Of a stretch of DNA of 64,000 nucleotides, positions 20,139 through 30,786 are shown piece after piece. The stretch's first letter is position 1. Each line of letters opens with the position of its first letter. Under the pieces are notes generated by a model. The model did no database searches. It was not told the DNA's origin and worked only from the letters and a program-made list of their open reading frames with translations. A program made the translations under genes and the position numbers. Source of the stretch: Dehalococcoidales bacterium (lineage in GTDB: Bacteria; Chloroflexota; Dehalococcoidia; Dehalococcoidales; RBG-16-60-22); the NCBI GenBank assembly GCA_050018395.1, contig JBEKAC010000001.1, positions 6,192-70,191 on the forward strand. Reading direction: 5' to 3'.

Positions 20139-20395
20139 GGTGAGCCAATTCCTCCTTAAAGTATAACCAGACCCCGGTTCTCTAGATGAATCATGAGGGG
20201 AATTATAGAATAAAATAAATATTGGCTTTTGTTGTCAGTACCTCCTTTCCTTATTATGCTGAAGTTTCTAACAAAGTCCATTAGTCAGCTTTATCTGACC
20301 GAGTTAATGGACCGAACGAATTTCAAAGTTTCGTCCTTTCACCAGTTCCACGAAGACGATATGAGATAACGACTGCGGGACATTATTGGGGTCGA

Positions 20396-20448
20396 TAGTC
20401 GCATACGATTAGTCACGAGATTATAACAAAACGGATAAGCCTTGTCAA
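20396..20448 (-). promoter_or_regulatory. Sigma70 promoter with downstream TCG-N4-CGA operator
   Basis: TTGACA-17-TATAAT on the minus strand (20448-20420); palindrome TAGTCGCATACGATTA at 20396-20411. Confidence 0.7.
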
Positions 20449-20593
20449 TATTGTTTAAATAGGAGGTACTATTTGCATTTTATGGCTGGTGGCACGTAAT
20501 ATTTGGGGAATATTTCCCATACAATCGAGGGGTTAATGTGTACCCGATAATGCTAATTACCGGCGACCAATAAAAGAGAAAATATGCTTATTC

Positions 20594-20641
20594 TTGACCT
20601 TTTACGGCTTCTCGTGTAATATCTATTATCGTATCCGACTG
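20594..20641 (+). promoter_or_regulatory. Promoter with TCG-N4-CGA operator
   Basis: TTGACC-17-TAATAT, then TTATCGTATCCGACTG at 20626-20641. Confidence 0.55.
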
Positions 20642-20663
20642 TTTTAGGAGGGAGAGCAATAAC

Positions 20664-21125
20664 ATGGCAAAATCTAAATACGATGAGCTGAAGACGCCGA
20701 ACATTACCCGGAGCACCATCTATCCACCGTTTAAAAACATGATCTATTATGCCTTAAAAGATACCAACTTCCAGATCAGGTTTACCCACGTCAGCGTGCC
20801 TTTCGAGGGGAAAGAACAATCCCATAAACATGATTTTGCGGAAGTCTTCGTCTTCGTTCCCTGCGATGAAGATTTAAATGCTTACGATGCGGAAACCTGG
20901 CTGTACTTAGGCGATAAGGGCGAAAAGATGATCATCAAGGAGACATGCGCCGTACACATTCCGGCCGGCCAGGTCCATTGCCCGATCGTGCACAAACGGG
21001 TGGGAAAGCCGTTCTTCTTCGTTAATAGCCCGATTACCCCCGCCTATTCCGCGATAATCGGTGAGAAAAAACTGCAATATCCCGTTGACCGGAAGATCCT
21101 TCCCAAGGATATGGGGGGAATGTAA
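20664..21125 (+). CDS. Cupin-like protein (paralog 2)
   Basis: HKHDFAEVF and IPAGQVHCP motifs; AGGAGG RBS. Confidence 0.8.
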   Translation: MAKSKYDELKTPNITRSTIYPPFKNMIYYALKDTNFQIRFTHVSVPFEGKEQSHKHDFAEVFVFVPCDEDLNAYDAETWLYLGDKGEKMIIKETCAVHIPAGQVHCPIVHKRVGKPFFFVNSPITPAYSAIIGEKKLQYPVDRKILPKDMGGM

Positions 21126-21266
21126 GGCACTAAATCAGCCGATATCCGGTTAATAATTTTACTGGTTCGATATCAGTTATTGTGCTACAATACAGGCAAT
21201 AATATTTTAGTATTTTGCTTATCGCAGAATACCGGACCTGACTTTTGCTAATGATTATTTAATAAA

Positions 21267-21740
21267 ATGCAGGACATTTATTCGGACTATTATTTTTGGG
21301 TCCTTTTTTCCCAGACCCGGGATGCTATTTCTAAAGCGCGCGAAAGAGAATTACTGACCCAGCGCATTTCTGAAAGGCATGCCCAGATACTATTCATCAT
21401 CAAGTTAATCGGCCATAATGCCACCCCGGCCAAGATAGCCAGGTGGCTTTTCCGCGAACCTCATTCTATCTCGGAAATAATCGATAGGATGGAAAAGCAG
21501 GGGTTATTGATAAAAGTTAAGGACCTGGACCGGAAAAACCAGGTCAGGATAGAAATAACCGAAAAAGGACTGGACCAATATCAGCGTTCCTTCATTCCCA
21601 AGAATATCCCGGAGGTATTATCCGTTTTATCCGATGATGAAAGAAAACAGTTCATTTCGTCGTTGCTGAAACTGCGCAAAGCCGCCATAAAGCGCAACGG
21701 CATTAAGTATGATGTCCCGCTGCCGCCGATAGACCAGTAG
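21267..21740 (+). CDS. MarR-family transcriptional regulator
   Basis: IDRMEKQGL, DLDRKN..IEITEKG winged-helix signature. Confidence 0.9.
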   Translation: MQDIYSDYYFWVLFSQTRDAISKARERELLTQRISERHAQILFIIKLIGHNATPAKIARWLFREPHSISEIIDRMEKQGLLIKVKDLDRKNQVRIEITEKGLDQYQRSFIPKNIPEVLSVLSDDERKQFISSLLKLRKAAIKRNGIKYDVPLPPIDQ

Positions 21741-21919
21741 TTTTTCCGACACAAGCCACAATAATTCATTTTATTAACAGGTTCTTTCCTGTCATTTGAC
21801 CATACAGAATTTTCCTTGTTCGGGATAACATTTTCTGCTTTCCATATCTATAATTTGTAAATCATTTTTTACGCAAAATCTCCCTGGTTTTCACGCATTT
21901 TCTAACTATTAAAATTTCT

Positions 21920-21986
21920 TTGACAGGGGGTATATTATTTGTTATAATTACTCGCTATTATCGCATACGACTATCGCCTCCGAATA
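21920..21986 (+). promoter_or_regulatory. Consensus sigma70 promoter with tandem TCG-N4-CGA operators
   Basis: TTGACA(21920)-17-TATAAT(21943) with extended TG; TTATCGCATACGACTATCGCCTCCGAATA at 21958-21986. Confidence 0.75.
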
Positions 21987-22056
21987 TCAATTGCACAATA
22001 TGTTTTAAAAGATAGTAGAATAAAAACAGAAGGCAGGAAGGAAGGCTGCGAAAATA

Positions 22057-22521
22057 ATGCCAGAACTCAAGTACGCCAAATATATTTATACCCAACCCAA
22101 GGCTTCTAAATATAAAAAAATGGCCGAGGGCCCGTCGCTTGATACCGTATTGATGATGAACGGGGAAAACGTCCCGGGCGCTTTCCATGTTCACTGCGCC
22201 TGGGTGCATCCGGGGCCGAACCCGGGCGTATATGAAGCCCATGTTCACCCCCATGATGAAATACTCGGGTTTATCGGGACCAACCCGGATGACAACAGCG
22301 ACCTGGGGGCGGAAGCAACCCTTTGGATAGGTGATGAAAAATATGTACTCACCAAGAGCTTCATGGCGTTTCTCCCCAAAGGCCTGGTGCATTGCCCTTT
22401 AACGGTAATCAATGTCCAACGCCCAATCCTCCATTTTGATATCCAGCTCGCCAGCGGCAGGCCGGAATTCACCTGGGTAAAAGACCTGCCGGCCAAAAAA
22501 GTGAAAGGGGCTAAAAAATGA
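22057..22521 (+). CDS. Cupin-like protein (paralog 3)
   Basis: HVHPHDEILGFIG.NP, PKGLVHCP. Confidence 0.8.
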   Translation: MPELKYAKYIYTQPKASKYKKMAEGPSLDTVLMMNGENVPGAFHVHCAWVHPGPNPGVYEAHVHPHDEILGFIGTNPDDNSDLGAEATLWIGDEKYVLTKSFMAFLPKGLVHCPLTVINVQRPILHFDIQLASGRPEFTWVKDLPAKKVKGAKK

Positions 22522-23984
22522 TCGCTCAAGAAAAGCTTACCAGTATCTTCGGCGCCAAAAATGTAATCAATCAACCGGCGACCCTCGAACAATACGCCAG
22601 TGATATGAGCTTTGTCGGCGCTACCAAACCGGACTTTATCGTTAAACCGGAAAACAGAGAAGGCGTGGAGAAGTTAGTGAAACTGGCCAGGGAAACCGGA
22701 ACCCCTTTGATACCGGTCAGCTCCGGGCCGCCGCACTTCCGCGGGGACACCGTCCCCAGCATCGGCGGGGCCATCATGGTCGACATGAGCGGGATGAAAA
22801 AAATCATCCGCGCGGACCGGTTGAACCGGGTGGTCATGTTCGAGCCCGGCGTTACCTTCGGCGAACTGATTCCGGCCGTAACCAAGGAAAAACTAAGGCT
22901 GAACATGCCGTTAATGCCGCGGAGCACAAAATCGGTTACCGCCAGCATGCTGGAAAGGGAACCGGTCGTCCTGCCTATTTATCATTGGGATATTATGGAC
23001 CCGATGGACTGCGTGGAAATCATCTTCGGCACCGGCGACCTGTTCCGCACGGGCGCTGCGGCCGGCCCGGGCACGCTGGAAGAGCAGTGGGAGGCGGGCG
23101 GGGCTCAAGTTGAAGCCGCCGGGCCTTCTTCAGCCTCCTGGTACCGGCTAATCGGGGGGTCGCAGGGGACGATGGGCATCGTCACCTGGTCTTCGGCAAG
23201 ATGTGAAATCACTCCCAGCCTCGAAGAGCCTTATGTGGCCGGCTCGGCCAAACTCGATGAACTGATGGAAATGGTGCACTGGCTGATCAGACTAAGAATC
23301 CCCAACGAGTGCTTTATTATCAACAAAATGAACCTGGCGTCAATGATGGCTAGGAAATGGCCGAATGACTACACGGAGATTAAAGAAAGCCTGCCGGACT
23401 GGATACTGTTTTATAACCTGGCCGGCTATAACTACTTCCCGGAAGAAAGAGTCAAGGTCCACGAAACAGATGCCCGGGAAATAGCCCAAAAAGCCGGCGT
23501 AACGCCGGCGCGGTCGGCCGGCAAAGTCTCCGCCTTCGAGCTGCTCAAAGCCGCCCAGGCGCCGTCTCCGGAGCCTTACTGGAAACTCCGCCATAAGGGC
23601 GCCTGCCAGGATATTTTCTTCATTACCAAATTCCAGGGCGTCGCCGAAACCATCGCCTATATGTATAAAGCAGCGGACGAGGCCGGCTACCCCGTACCCG
23701 AGATGGGTGTTTACGTCCAGCCGCTGGTGCAGGGAAGCAATTACCACGTCGAGTTCAACCTGTTCTATGATCCGGAAAACCGGAAGGAAAAGAGCCGGGT
23801 GAAAGAACTGACGGCCAATACGATTAACCCGCTGATTTCCCGGGGCGCCTTTTTCTCCAGGCCTTACGGCGAAAACGCCCGGACGATTATGAATAAGGAC
23901 GCCGCTACCGTTTTTGCCCTGAAGAAAGTCAAGAGCATCGTCGACCCGAACAATGTCATGAACCCGGGGAAACTATGTTTTTAA
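22518..23984 (+). CDS. FAD-binding oxidoreductase, VAO/PCMH/GlcD family (subunit type A)
   Basis: IPVSSG, VDMSGM, FEPGVTF, GSQGTMGIVT, DPNNVMNPGK. Confidence 0.88.
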   Translation: MIAQEKLTSIFGAKNVINQPATLEQYASDMSFVGATKPDFIVKPENREGVEKLVKLARETGTPLIPVSSGPPHFRGDTVPSIGGAIMVDMSGMKKIIRADRLNRVVMFEPGVTFGELIPAVTKEKLRLNMPLMPRSTKSVTASMLEREPVVLPIYHWDIMDPMDCVEIIFGTGDLFRTGAAAGPGTLEEQWEAGGAQVEAAGPSSASWYRLIGGSQGTMGIVTWSSARCEITPSLEEPYVAGSAKLDELMEMVHWLIRLRIPNECFIINKMNLASMMARKWPNDYTEIKESLPDWILFYNLAGYNYFPEERVKVHETDAREIAQKAGVTPARSAGKVSAFELLKAAQAPSPEPYWKLRHKGACQDIFFITKFQGVAETIAYMYKAADEAGYPVPEMGVYVQPLVQGSNYHVEFNLFYDPENRKEKSRVKELTANTINPLISRGAFFSRPYGENARTIMNKDAATVFALKKVKSIVDPNNVMNPGKLCF

Positions 23985-24024
23985 GAAATATCCCGCTGAA
24001 TGTCAAATATAAGGAGAAAATAAC

Positions 24025-25293
24025 ATGGCGTTAGAAGATTATCGTACTGAAATGGAAACATGCCGCCGGTGTTCACCGTGTAAATTCATCCCCTTTGAGA
24101 AAGTAACGCAATTCGAGAATGTCAACGTTTGTCCCAGTATCACCAGATATGAATTCCATACCTATTGCGGCGGCGGGCGCATGGTCATGGGTACCGCCCT
24201 GCTGGAAAAACGACTGGACTATACACCCAAGCTGCTGGAGGTAGTCTACAACTGCCAGGTGTGCGGGGCCTGCGATACATCATGCAAGTATTCCATGGAT
24301 ATGGAAGTGACCGAGCCCATTGAGGAAATACGGATAAGTTGCGTTGAATCCGGCCACACCAATCCCGCCCTGGATAAAGCAGTCAATAACATGCGCAAGC
24401 TGGGCACGATGGTGCCGGGCGCTAAAACCAAACGGGGCGATTGGGCTGCCGGCCTCGGCATCAAAGATGCCACCAAAGAGAAAGTGGATGTCCTTTACTT
24501 CGTGGGCTGCCAGACCAGTTACAACAAAAATATGTGGAAGATAGCCCAGGCCACCGCTAAACTTCTCCAGAAAGCCGGCGTTAACTTCGGGATTTTAGGC
24601 GAGCATGAGACTTGCTGCGGCGGGCGCGCTTACCAGATGGGCTATAAACAGGACTTCCTGGACCAGACAAAAAAGAACCTAGACCTTATTAAGAAATCCG
24701 GCGCAAAAACTATTATCACTAGCTGCTCGGAAGGCTATCACACCTTCAAGGTCCTTTACGAAAAATTCAACCTCAAAGGCGACCTGGAAGTTTATCACAT
24801 CACGGAATACCTCGCCCGCCTGATAAAAGAGGGCAAACTCAAGCCGCAGAAGAAACTGGACATGACGGTCACCTACCACGACCCGTGCCATCTCGGCCGC
24901 ATGGGCGAGCCTTATATTCACTGGAACGGCAAAATAGTCATCGATGAAATACGCACTTTCGACCCGCCGAAAGAATACCGCCGCGGGACCTACGGCATAT
25001 ACGAGCCGCCGCGCGATATCCTCAAAAGCATTCCCGGCTTAAGACTGGTGGAAATGGACCGCATTAAAGAATACGCCTGGTGCTGCGGCGCCGGCGGCGG
25101 CGTAAGTGACTCCAATCCGGATTTTTCCATGTGGACGGCGCTGGAAAGAATCAAAGAAGCCGAGGCCACCGGGGCCGATGCCATCGCCACCGCCTGCCCC
25201 TGGTGTGTCAAGAATTTCAACGAAGCGATAGCGAAAAAAGGCAGCAACCTCAAGGTCTACGATGTCATCGAGTTGCTGGAGAAAGCTTTTTAG
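24025..25293 (+). CDS. Fe-S/CCG-domain protein (GlcF/HdrD-like)
   Basis: CRRCSPC, CQVCGACDTSC, TCCGG, YHDPCHLGR, WCCGAGGG. Confidence 0.9.
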   Translation: MALEDYRTEMETCRRCSPCKFIPFEKVTQFENVNVCPSITRYEFHTYCGGGRMVMGTALLEKRLDYTPKLLEVVYNCQVCGACDTSCKYSMDMEVTEPIEEIRISCVESGHTNPALDKAVNNMRKLGTMVPGAKTKRGDWAAGLGIKDATKEKVDVLYFVGCQTSYNKNMWKIAQATAKLLQKAGVNFGILGEHETCCGGRAYQMGYKQDFLDQTKKNLDLIKKSGAKTIITSCSEGYHTFKVLYEKFNLKGDLEVYHITEYLARLIKEGKLKPQKKLDMTVTYHDPCHLGRMGEPYIHWNGKIVIDEIRTFDPPKEYRRGTYGIYEPPRDILKSIPGLRLVEMDRIKEYAWCCGAGGGVSDSNPDFSMWTALERIKEAEATGADAIATACPWCVKNFNEAIAKKGSNLKVYDVIELLEKAF

Positions 25294-25306
25294 GAGGTCA
25301 TGAGCC

Positions 25307-26851
25307 ATGACGGTAAAAAATAGAGATTTTTATAAAGCATTGGAAGACATCCTGGGGCCGGATTTCGTTTCCGAAGACCCGGTGATTACCGAAACTTACG
25401 CCAACCCGGTGCGGCACGGCATGAACGTAGCGCCCCGTTTTGCCGCGATTACCCTGCCGGACAGTACCGAGCAGGTTCAGGCCATCGTCAAGCTGTGCAA
25501 CAGGTACAAGATGCAGTATAAAGCGGGCAGCACCAGCTGGCTCTACAGCGACTCCGCCAACCCCGACTGTATCAAAATCGACCTGCGCCGCATGAACCGC
25601 ATTATCGAAATCAACGAGAAAAGCATGTATGCGGTGGTGGAGCCTTACGTCGTCGGCGCACAGCTTCAGGCCGAATGCATGAAAAGGGGCCTTAACTGCA
25701 ACCTGACCGGCGCCGGGGCCAACTGCTCCGCCCTGCCGTTAGCCGCCCACGTTAACCTAGGCCATTTAAGCCAGTCCGGCAGCTACGGCGAAAGAAACCA
25801 GCTCGCCCTGGAATGGGTGATGCCGGATGGAGAAATCATCCGGCTCGGCTCGCTGGGAACAATGGACGAATGGTTCTGCGGCGACGGGCCGGGGCCTTCC
25901 CTCCGCGGCATCGTCAGAGGCAACACCATGCCGCTGGGCGGGCTCGGCGTTTACACCAAAGCCGCCCAGAAGCTTTACCACTGGCCCGGCCCCCATACCT
26001 TCCCCATGGAGGGGGTGTCGCCCAAATACAAGCCGGCTTATATCCCGCCGGGGTTCCTGGTACGCTATTTCTCCTTCAAAACGCTGGACGCGATGATCGA
26101 TGCCACGCTGAAGATAGGCGAAGCGGAAATAGCCACCGAGTTGATGTGCTTTAATGCCGCCATGATGGCCTCCAACCTGGCCACGAAAAATATGGAAGAG
26201 GAAATTGCCATCTACAATAAGTTCAAAGATACGGTGCTCGGCCCGGGCTTCATGGTACTGATCGCGGCCAACTCGAGCGGCGACTTCGAATACAAGAAGA
26301 AGGTGCTGCAGACCATCATCGACGAGTGCGGCGGGGTGCCTCTTAAAGAAGTCGAAGACCCGGAAAATCAGGGGGGCTATATCTGGCGCTACTTTAGAGA
26401 GACCGGCTCGATCAAAGAGACGGGACGGGTACTTTCACCCCAGGCAGGTATGGTCGGCGGCGGCGATTCCTTCCCGCTGATGAGCTACTTTATCAAAAGC
26501 TGCACCAAACTGAAAGCCAGGCTCATCGCCGAAGGTTCCCTTTTCGATGATGGCACGTCGCCTTTCATCCAGTCCATCGAGCACGGGCATACCGGCCACG
26601 GCGAAATCCTGGCCCGCATCTCCATGAGGGTAAAAAGTCCCATGGAGGTCAATAGAGTAATCAATAACGGCGCCAATGAGATTTCCATCAAAGAACACTT
26701 CGGGGTGCCGCAGCACGTCTGGAGCGATGCCCTCCACGATATGTATGGCCCGAATGCCAGCAATTACCATCTCTGGCTAAGGAAAATCAAGAAGACTTTT
26801 GACCCCAACGGGGCTTCGGAAGCTTCCACCTATATCAACGCCAAGGAATAG
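25307..26851 (+). CDS. FAD-binding oxidoreductase, VAO/PCMH family (subunit type B)
   Basis: IDLRRMNRIIEINEKSMYAVVEP, LEWVMPDGE, KKTFDPN. Confidence 0.85.
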   Translation: MTVKNRDFYKALEDILGPDFVSEDPVITETYANPVRHGMNVAPRFAAITLPDSTEQVQAIVKLCNRYKMQYKAGSTSWLYSDSANPDCIKIDLRRMNRIIEINEKSMYAVVEPYVVGAQLQAECMKRGLNCNLTGAGANCSALPLAAHVNLGHLSQSGSYGERNQLALEWVMPDGEIIRLGSLGTMDEWFCGDGPGPSLRGIVRGNTMPLGGLGVYTKAAQKLYHWPGPHTFPMEGVSPKYKPAYIPPGFLVRYFSFKTLDAMIDATLKIGEAEIATELMCFNAAMMASNLATKNMEEEIAIYNKFKDTVLGPGFMVLIAANSSGDFEYKKKVLQTIIDECGGVPLKEVEDPENQGGYIWRYFRETGSIKETGRVLSPQAGMVGGGDSFPLMSYFIKSCTKLKARLIAEGSLFDDGTSPFIQSIEHGHTGHGEILARISMRVKSPMEVNRVINNGANEISIKEHFGVPQHVWSDALHDMYGPNASNYHLWLRKIKKTFDPNGASEASTYINAKE

Positions 26852-27021
26852 GAGCAAAATAAAAACGGATATAACCGTATCCGTATAAAAATTAGGCCTC
26901 CTCTTCTTGCTGGAGAGGATTAAGATAGGCCGCTTAGTCGAGGCTGATTCTGATTCTCTCCAGCAAGGTAAAAAGTTAATAAAGAGAATAAATAAAATTA
27001 AATATACAGGAGGAAACACCA

Positions 27022-27807
27022 ATGCAGCTTAAGGACAGGACAGCTATCATCACAGGCGGGGCGCGGGGGATGGGGCGGGCTATCGCTCTGCGATTTGCCA
27101 AAGAAGGGTGCTCATCGGTAATCGCCGATATGCTGGATAAGGAAGGCGAAAAAACCGTAGCCGATATCAAGAAAGCCGGCAAAGACGCTCTATATATCCA
27201 TTGCGACGTTACCAATAGCGCCAACGTCAAAGACATGGTAGCTAAGGCCATCGCCAAATTTAAGAAAATAGATATTATGGTAAATTGCGCCGGCATCGGC
27301 CGGCCTCCTACTCCCATCTCAGCCATTACCGAAGCCGAATATGACAAAGTGGTGGCCGTGAACATGAAAGGCATTTTCCTTTGCCTCCAGGCCATCGAGC
27401 CGCACATGAAGGCCAATAATTACGGCAAGATTGTCAATATAGCCTCGCTAGCGGGTATCTCCCCCACTGCTATCTCCATGCATTATGCCGCGGCCAAAGC
27501 CGGTGCCAAATTCCTCTCGGAGTGCTTTGCGCTAGCGGTGGCCCAGTACAACGTTACCTGCAACGCCATTCTACCGGGCATGATACGCACGGATATGACG
27601 CGTGATTTTGCCCCACCTTCCATCAAAGATCTGGATGGCTTCATGAACATGCTGGCGCAAGGCATACCCCTCGGCCGCGAAGGCACCGTGGACGACATTG
27701 CCTCGGCGGCACTTTTCCTGGCTTCCGATGAGTCTTCGTACATCACCGGCGATTGCATCCGTGTCGGCGGTGGCATGCCGGCCCAGGCGGGACCCAAGAA
27801 CAAATAA
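27022..27807 (+). CDS. SDR oxidoreductase (FabG-like)
   Basis: TGGARGMG, YAAAK, SSYITG. Confidence 0.9.
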   Translation: MQLKDRTAIITGGARGMGRAIALRFAKEGCSSVIADMLDKEGEKTVADIKKAGKDALYIHCDVTNSANVKDMVAKAIAKFKKIDIMVNCAGIGRPPTPISAITEAEYDKVVAVNMKGIFLCLQAIEPHMKANNYGKIVNIASLAGISPTAISMHYAAAKAGAKFLSECFALAVAQYNVTCNAILPGMIRTDMTRDFAPPSIKDLDGFMNMLAQGIPLGREGTVDDIASAALFLASDESSYITGDCIRVGGGMPAQAGPKNK

Positions 27808-28170
27808 GGTCGAAAATAATATCGAAATAATTGATATCTCTGGACCTTACGGAATAGATGGATTACCACTAAATAAGGATTGTTAAAGAAAGTCCGCCGA
27901 AAATCATTGGTGAGAAAGGAGGGGCGAGATGGATTTATGCTCCTTTCCGGGGTGGCCAGCAAAGGCGAGAGCGGCCGGTTCATGCCAACCCTCTCAACAA
28001 AGGAGCAATAACAAAAGCCGCGTATTTCACAGGCGGCTATTGGGTATAATCTATTTTTGATAGGAAATGTTTCAATACTAAGGTAAACTGATAATAGAAA
28101 AATAGCGGGAAAATTTCAAAATCAGGCGAATGCCTTAATATATAATCTAGTAATACTGAAGGAGGATAAA

Positions 28171-29838
28171 GTGAAAAAGGCACTATCAATCGGTATCGTT
28201 GCTGGACTCGTCTGCATCATGCTGATTATTTCAAGTTGCAGCTCTTCGACGAAGACGACAACACTAGGCCCAACTTCGACGCCAACAGCAACCACGCCTA
28301 AACCCACCCAAACTACTGCCCCGCCGACCAGTCCATCTTCGACGCCGACGGTAACCACCACCACTCCTAAACCCACCCAGACCACTCCCCCGGCGACAGC
28401 TACGCCTAAAAAAGGCGGCATCATGAAAGTCGCCGGACCTCCAGATCCAGGCGGCCCCTTCGGCTGGCCGGCAGATATTATCGGCCCCGCCGCCGCCACC
28501 GCGCAACCCTGCCTGGAAACGCTTTACCGGCAGCTTGCGGATGGTTCTTATGTTCCGTGGCTGGCCACATCCTATGATTTATCCCCGGATAAACTGACCA
28601 TCACTTTCCATCTCCGGCAAGGCGTCAAATTCCATGATGGCACGGACTTCAATGCCGATGCCGTTAAATTCAATTTTGATGCCATCATTGCCTCCCACAT
28701 GCAGCCTTTCTGGTCCTCTACCGAGGTCGTTGACACCTATACGCTGAAACTCCAATTAACCTCCTGGTCCAACCTGATTCTGGGGTCTTTCGGTGATGCT
28801 TCCTCTATAGCTTCACCTACAGCGTACAAGACAAACGGTAAAGACTGGGCGGATGTCCATCCAGTGGGCACCGGTCCTTTTGTATTCGATAGCTATCAAC
28901 CGAACACCAAGTCCACTTTCAAGCGTTTCGATGGTTACTGGAACGCCCCCAAACCTTACCTTGATGGCATTGAAATCGACTACATCATGGATCCTCTAAC
29001 CCTGAAAGCCGCGATGCAGTCCGGCGACCTGGATATGACCAACATATCTCTGGGCCAGCAACAGATCGATTTCCAGAATGCCGGTTTCAATGTCTCGGTA
29101 AATCCCATGACCACTTATGTTCTCGTCCCGGACACTGCTAACCCCGATTCACCATTCGCCAACCTGGCGGTACGGCAGGCGGTAGAATGCGCCATTGACA
29201 GAGATGCCATGGCTAAAGGTCTGAGCTTTGGAACGTGGGTTGCTCCTTATCAAATACCCCCGCCAACAAACGGAGCTTACGATCCTAATTTCAAGGGTGG
29301 CCTGAAATACGATCCTGCTAAAGCAAAAACATTGTTGGCCTCCGCAGGATTCGGGAGCGGTTTCAACACGGCGATAATATCCCAACCGGCCTCCAGACAG
29401 TCTGACGTTGAAGCGGCCCTGCAGTCTTACCTGAATGCCGTAGGGATTAAGACCACGCTGAAAGACGTTGACCAGGGCACTTTCGTCAACTACCAGGCTA
29501 ATGGTTGGCAGGACGCGATGATGATTTCCCCGATCGCGGCTTTTGGCAACTACAATGCTACGTTGAATTTCTATTTTGGTTCCACATCCACCCAGTTCAA
29601 GAGCTGGAAGTTGACCGATCAATTCCTGTCGCTTCTCCAAACGAGCCTTCTAGCCGATACGCCTGATGTAAATCTTATCCGCGCTGTCACCAACTACGTG
29701 ACCAATAATAGTCTTATCATCCCGGTTTCCCAAAGCGGATTAGGTTTTGCATTCGCTAAATACGTGAAAGATGGCGGTTTTAACGAGCGCGGCTTCCCCA
29801 CTAACTGGAACATGGAGAGTGTCTGGCTGGACAAATAG
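28171..29838 (+). CDS. ABC substrate-binding lipoprotein, family 5
   Basis: ISSC lipobox, long Thr/Pro linker, LRQGVKFHDG, PVGTGPF. Confidence 0.92.
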   Translation: MKKALSIGIVAGLVCIMLIISSCSSSTKTTTLGPTSTPTATTPKPTQTTAPPTSPSSTPTVTTTTPKPTQTTPPATATPKKGGIMKVAGPPDPGGPFGWPADIIGPAAATAQPCLETLYRQLADGSYVPWLATSYDLSPDKLTITFHLRQGVKFHDGTDFNADAVKFNFDAIIASHMQPFWSSTEVVDTYTLKLQLTSWSNLILGSFGDASSIASPTAYKTNGKDWADVHPVGTGPFVFDSYQPNTKSTFKRFDGYWNAPKPYLDGIEIDYIMDPLTLKAAMQSGDLDMTNISLGQQQIDFQNAGFNVSVNPMTTYVLVPDTANPDSPFANLAVRQAVECAIDRDAMAKGLSFGTWVAPYQIPPPTNGAYDPNFKGGLKYDPAKAKTLLASAGFGSGFNTAIISQPASRQSDVEAALQSYLNAVGIKTTLKDVDQGTFVNYQANGWQDAMMISPIAAFGNYNATLNFYFGSTSTQFKSWKLTDQFLSLLQTSLLADTPDVNLIRAVTNYVTNNSLIIPVSQSGLGFAFAKYVKDGGFNERGFPTNWNMESVWLDK

Positions 29839-29858
29839 ACTGACCTCACTTCATGCAA

Positions 29859-29886
29859 CGGGCGGGCTGGATATCCAGCCCGCCCG
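29859..29886. terminator. Stem-loop after SBP gene
   Basis: CGGGCGGGCTGG-ATAT-CCAGCCCGCCCG. Confidence 0.6.
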
Positions 29887-30018
29887 ATAAAATTATAAAT
29901 CTTAGTATATTTGACCCTTTAAATTTTACTCTTACTTTAAAGCTCAACTCGCATTAGTAAAAATGTCGCGTATTTAGATATAAGTCTATATCGATTAATC
30001 AGGGAAAAGGAGACTGGT

Positions 30019-30675
30019 ATGACTGTTCAGGAACTCGAAGCCAAGGTGAAAATGCTGGAGAATAAAGTCCGGACGCTGGAAGACACCGAGGCGATCAAGA
30101 AACTGCAAAGGGCCTACGGCTATTACCTGGAGCACTGGATGGCCGAAGACTTGATCGACCTGTTTTCCGATAGTCCCGAAGCTGTGCTTAGAATTGCCGC
30201 CGGCGAATACCACGGCAAAGAAAGCATCCGCCGGTTCTTCCGGCACGGCAAAGAAAACACCCCTATTCCCAAGGCCGATAACGGGGAATTCCTGCACCAG
30301 GTGATGCAGCTTTCCGGCATCGTGGACGTGGCCGCGGACGGCAAGACCGCCAAGGGCCGCTGGTACGGCTTCGGCGCCAACGCCTTCCCCATCCCGGGAG
30401 GTAAGGTAAATCCGGGCTGGATGAACGGGGTCTATGAAGTGGAGTACATTAAGGAAAGCAATATCTGGAAGATGCTGAAAGTCCGCTGGTGCATGACCTT
30501 CCACGCGCCCTGGACCTTGAGCTTCGTCGATCCCGCCAAGAGGGAGGATAAGTTCATGAACCGCCCCTATGAACGCGCCGAGGCACTGCGGCCTACCGGG
30601 GCCCCGGAAGATACCCAATATCCGTCCGGTTTTGTCTGTCCCTTCCACTTTAAGAATCCCGTTACCGGAAAATAG
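30019..30675 (+). CDS. SnoaL/NTF2-like protein (SnoaL_4)
   Basis: LED.EAIKKLQRAYGYY, HQVMQL, TAKGRW, YEVEYIKE..WK, PFHFKNPVTGK. Confidence 0.88.
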   Translation: MTVQELEAKVKMLENKVRTLEDTEAIKKLQRAYGYYLEHWMAEDLIDLFSDSPEAVLRIAAGEYHGKESIRRFFRHGKENTPIPKADNGEFLHQVMQLSGIVDVAADGKTAKGRWYGFGANAFPIPGGKVNPGWMNGVYEVEYIKESNIWKMLKVRWCMTFHAPWTLSFVDPAKREDKFMNRPYERAEALRPTGAPEDTQYPSGFVCPFHFKNPVTGK

Positions 30676-30786
30676 AAACATTAACTGGCGGCCTGAATTT
30701 AAGCCGCCGCTGACTTTAGCAGGAAAAACGGAGTGAACCAGGTTGCTGTTTGTCAGTATATTAATCCCTGGCAATAGAGGGTCGTC

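Noticed and set aside
22519-22521. Other TGA stops as possible Sec codons (iclR, cupin 3, MBL hydrolase, rep)
   Set aside because: They occur at natural C-termini with no redox motif or homologous continuation.
27929-28060. 43-aa ORF after GAAAGGAGG, or a structured RNA with TGCTCCTT/AAGGAGCA arms
   Set aside because: No recognisable motif or RNA family; kept only as part of the extra-SD observation.
28250-28410. Duplicated TTPKPTQTT unit
   Set aside because: Ordinary Thr/Pro lipoprotein linker.
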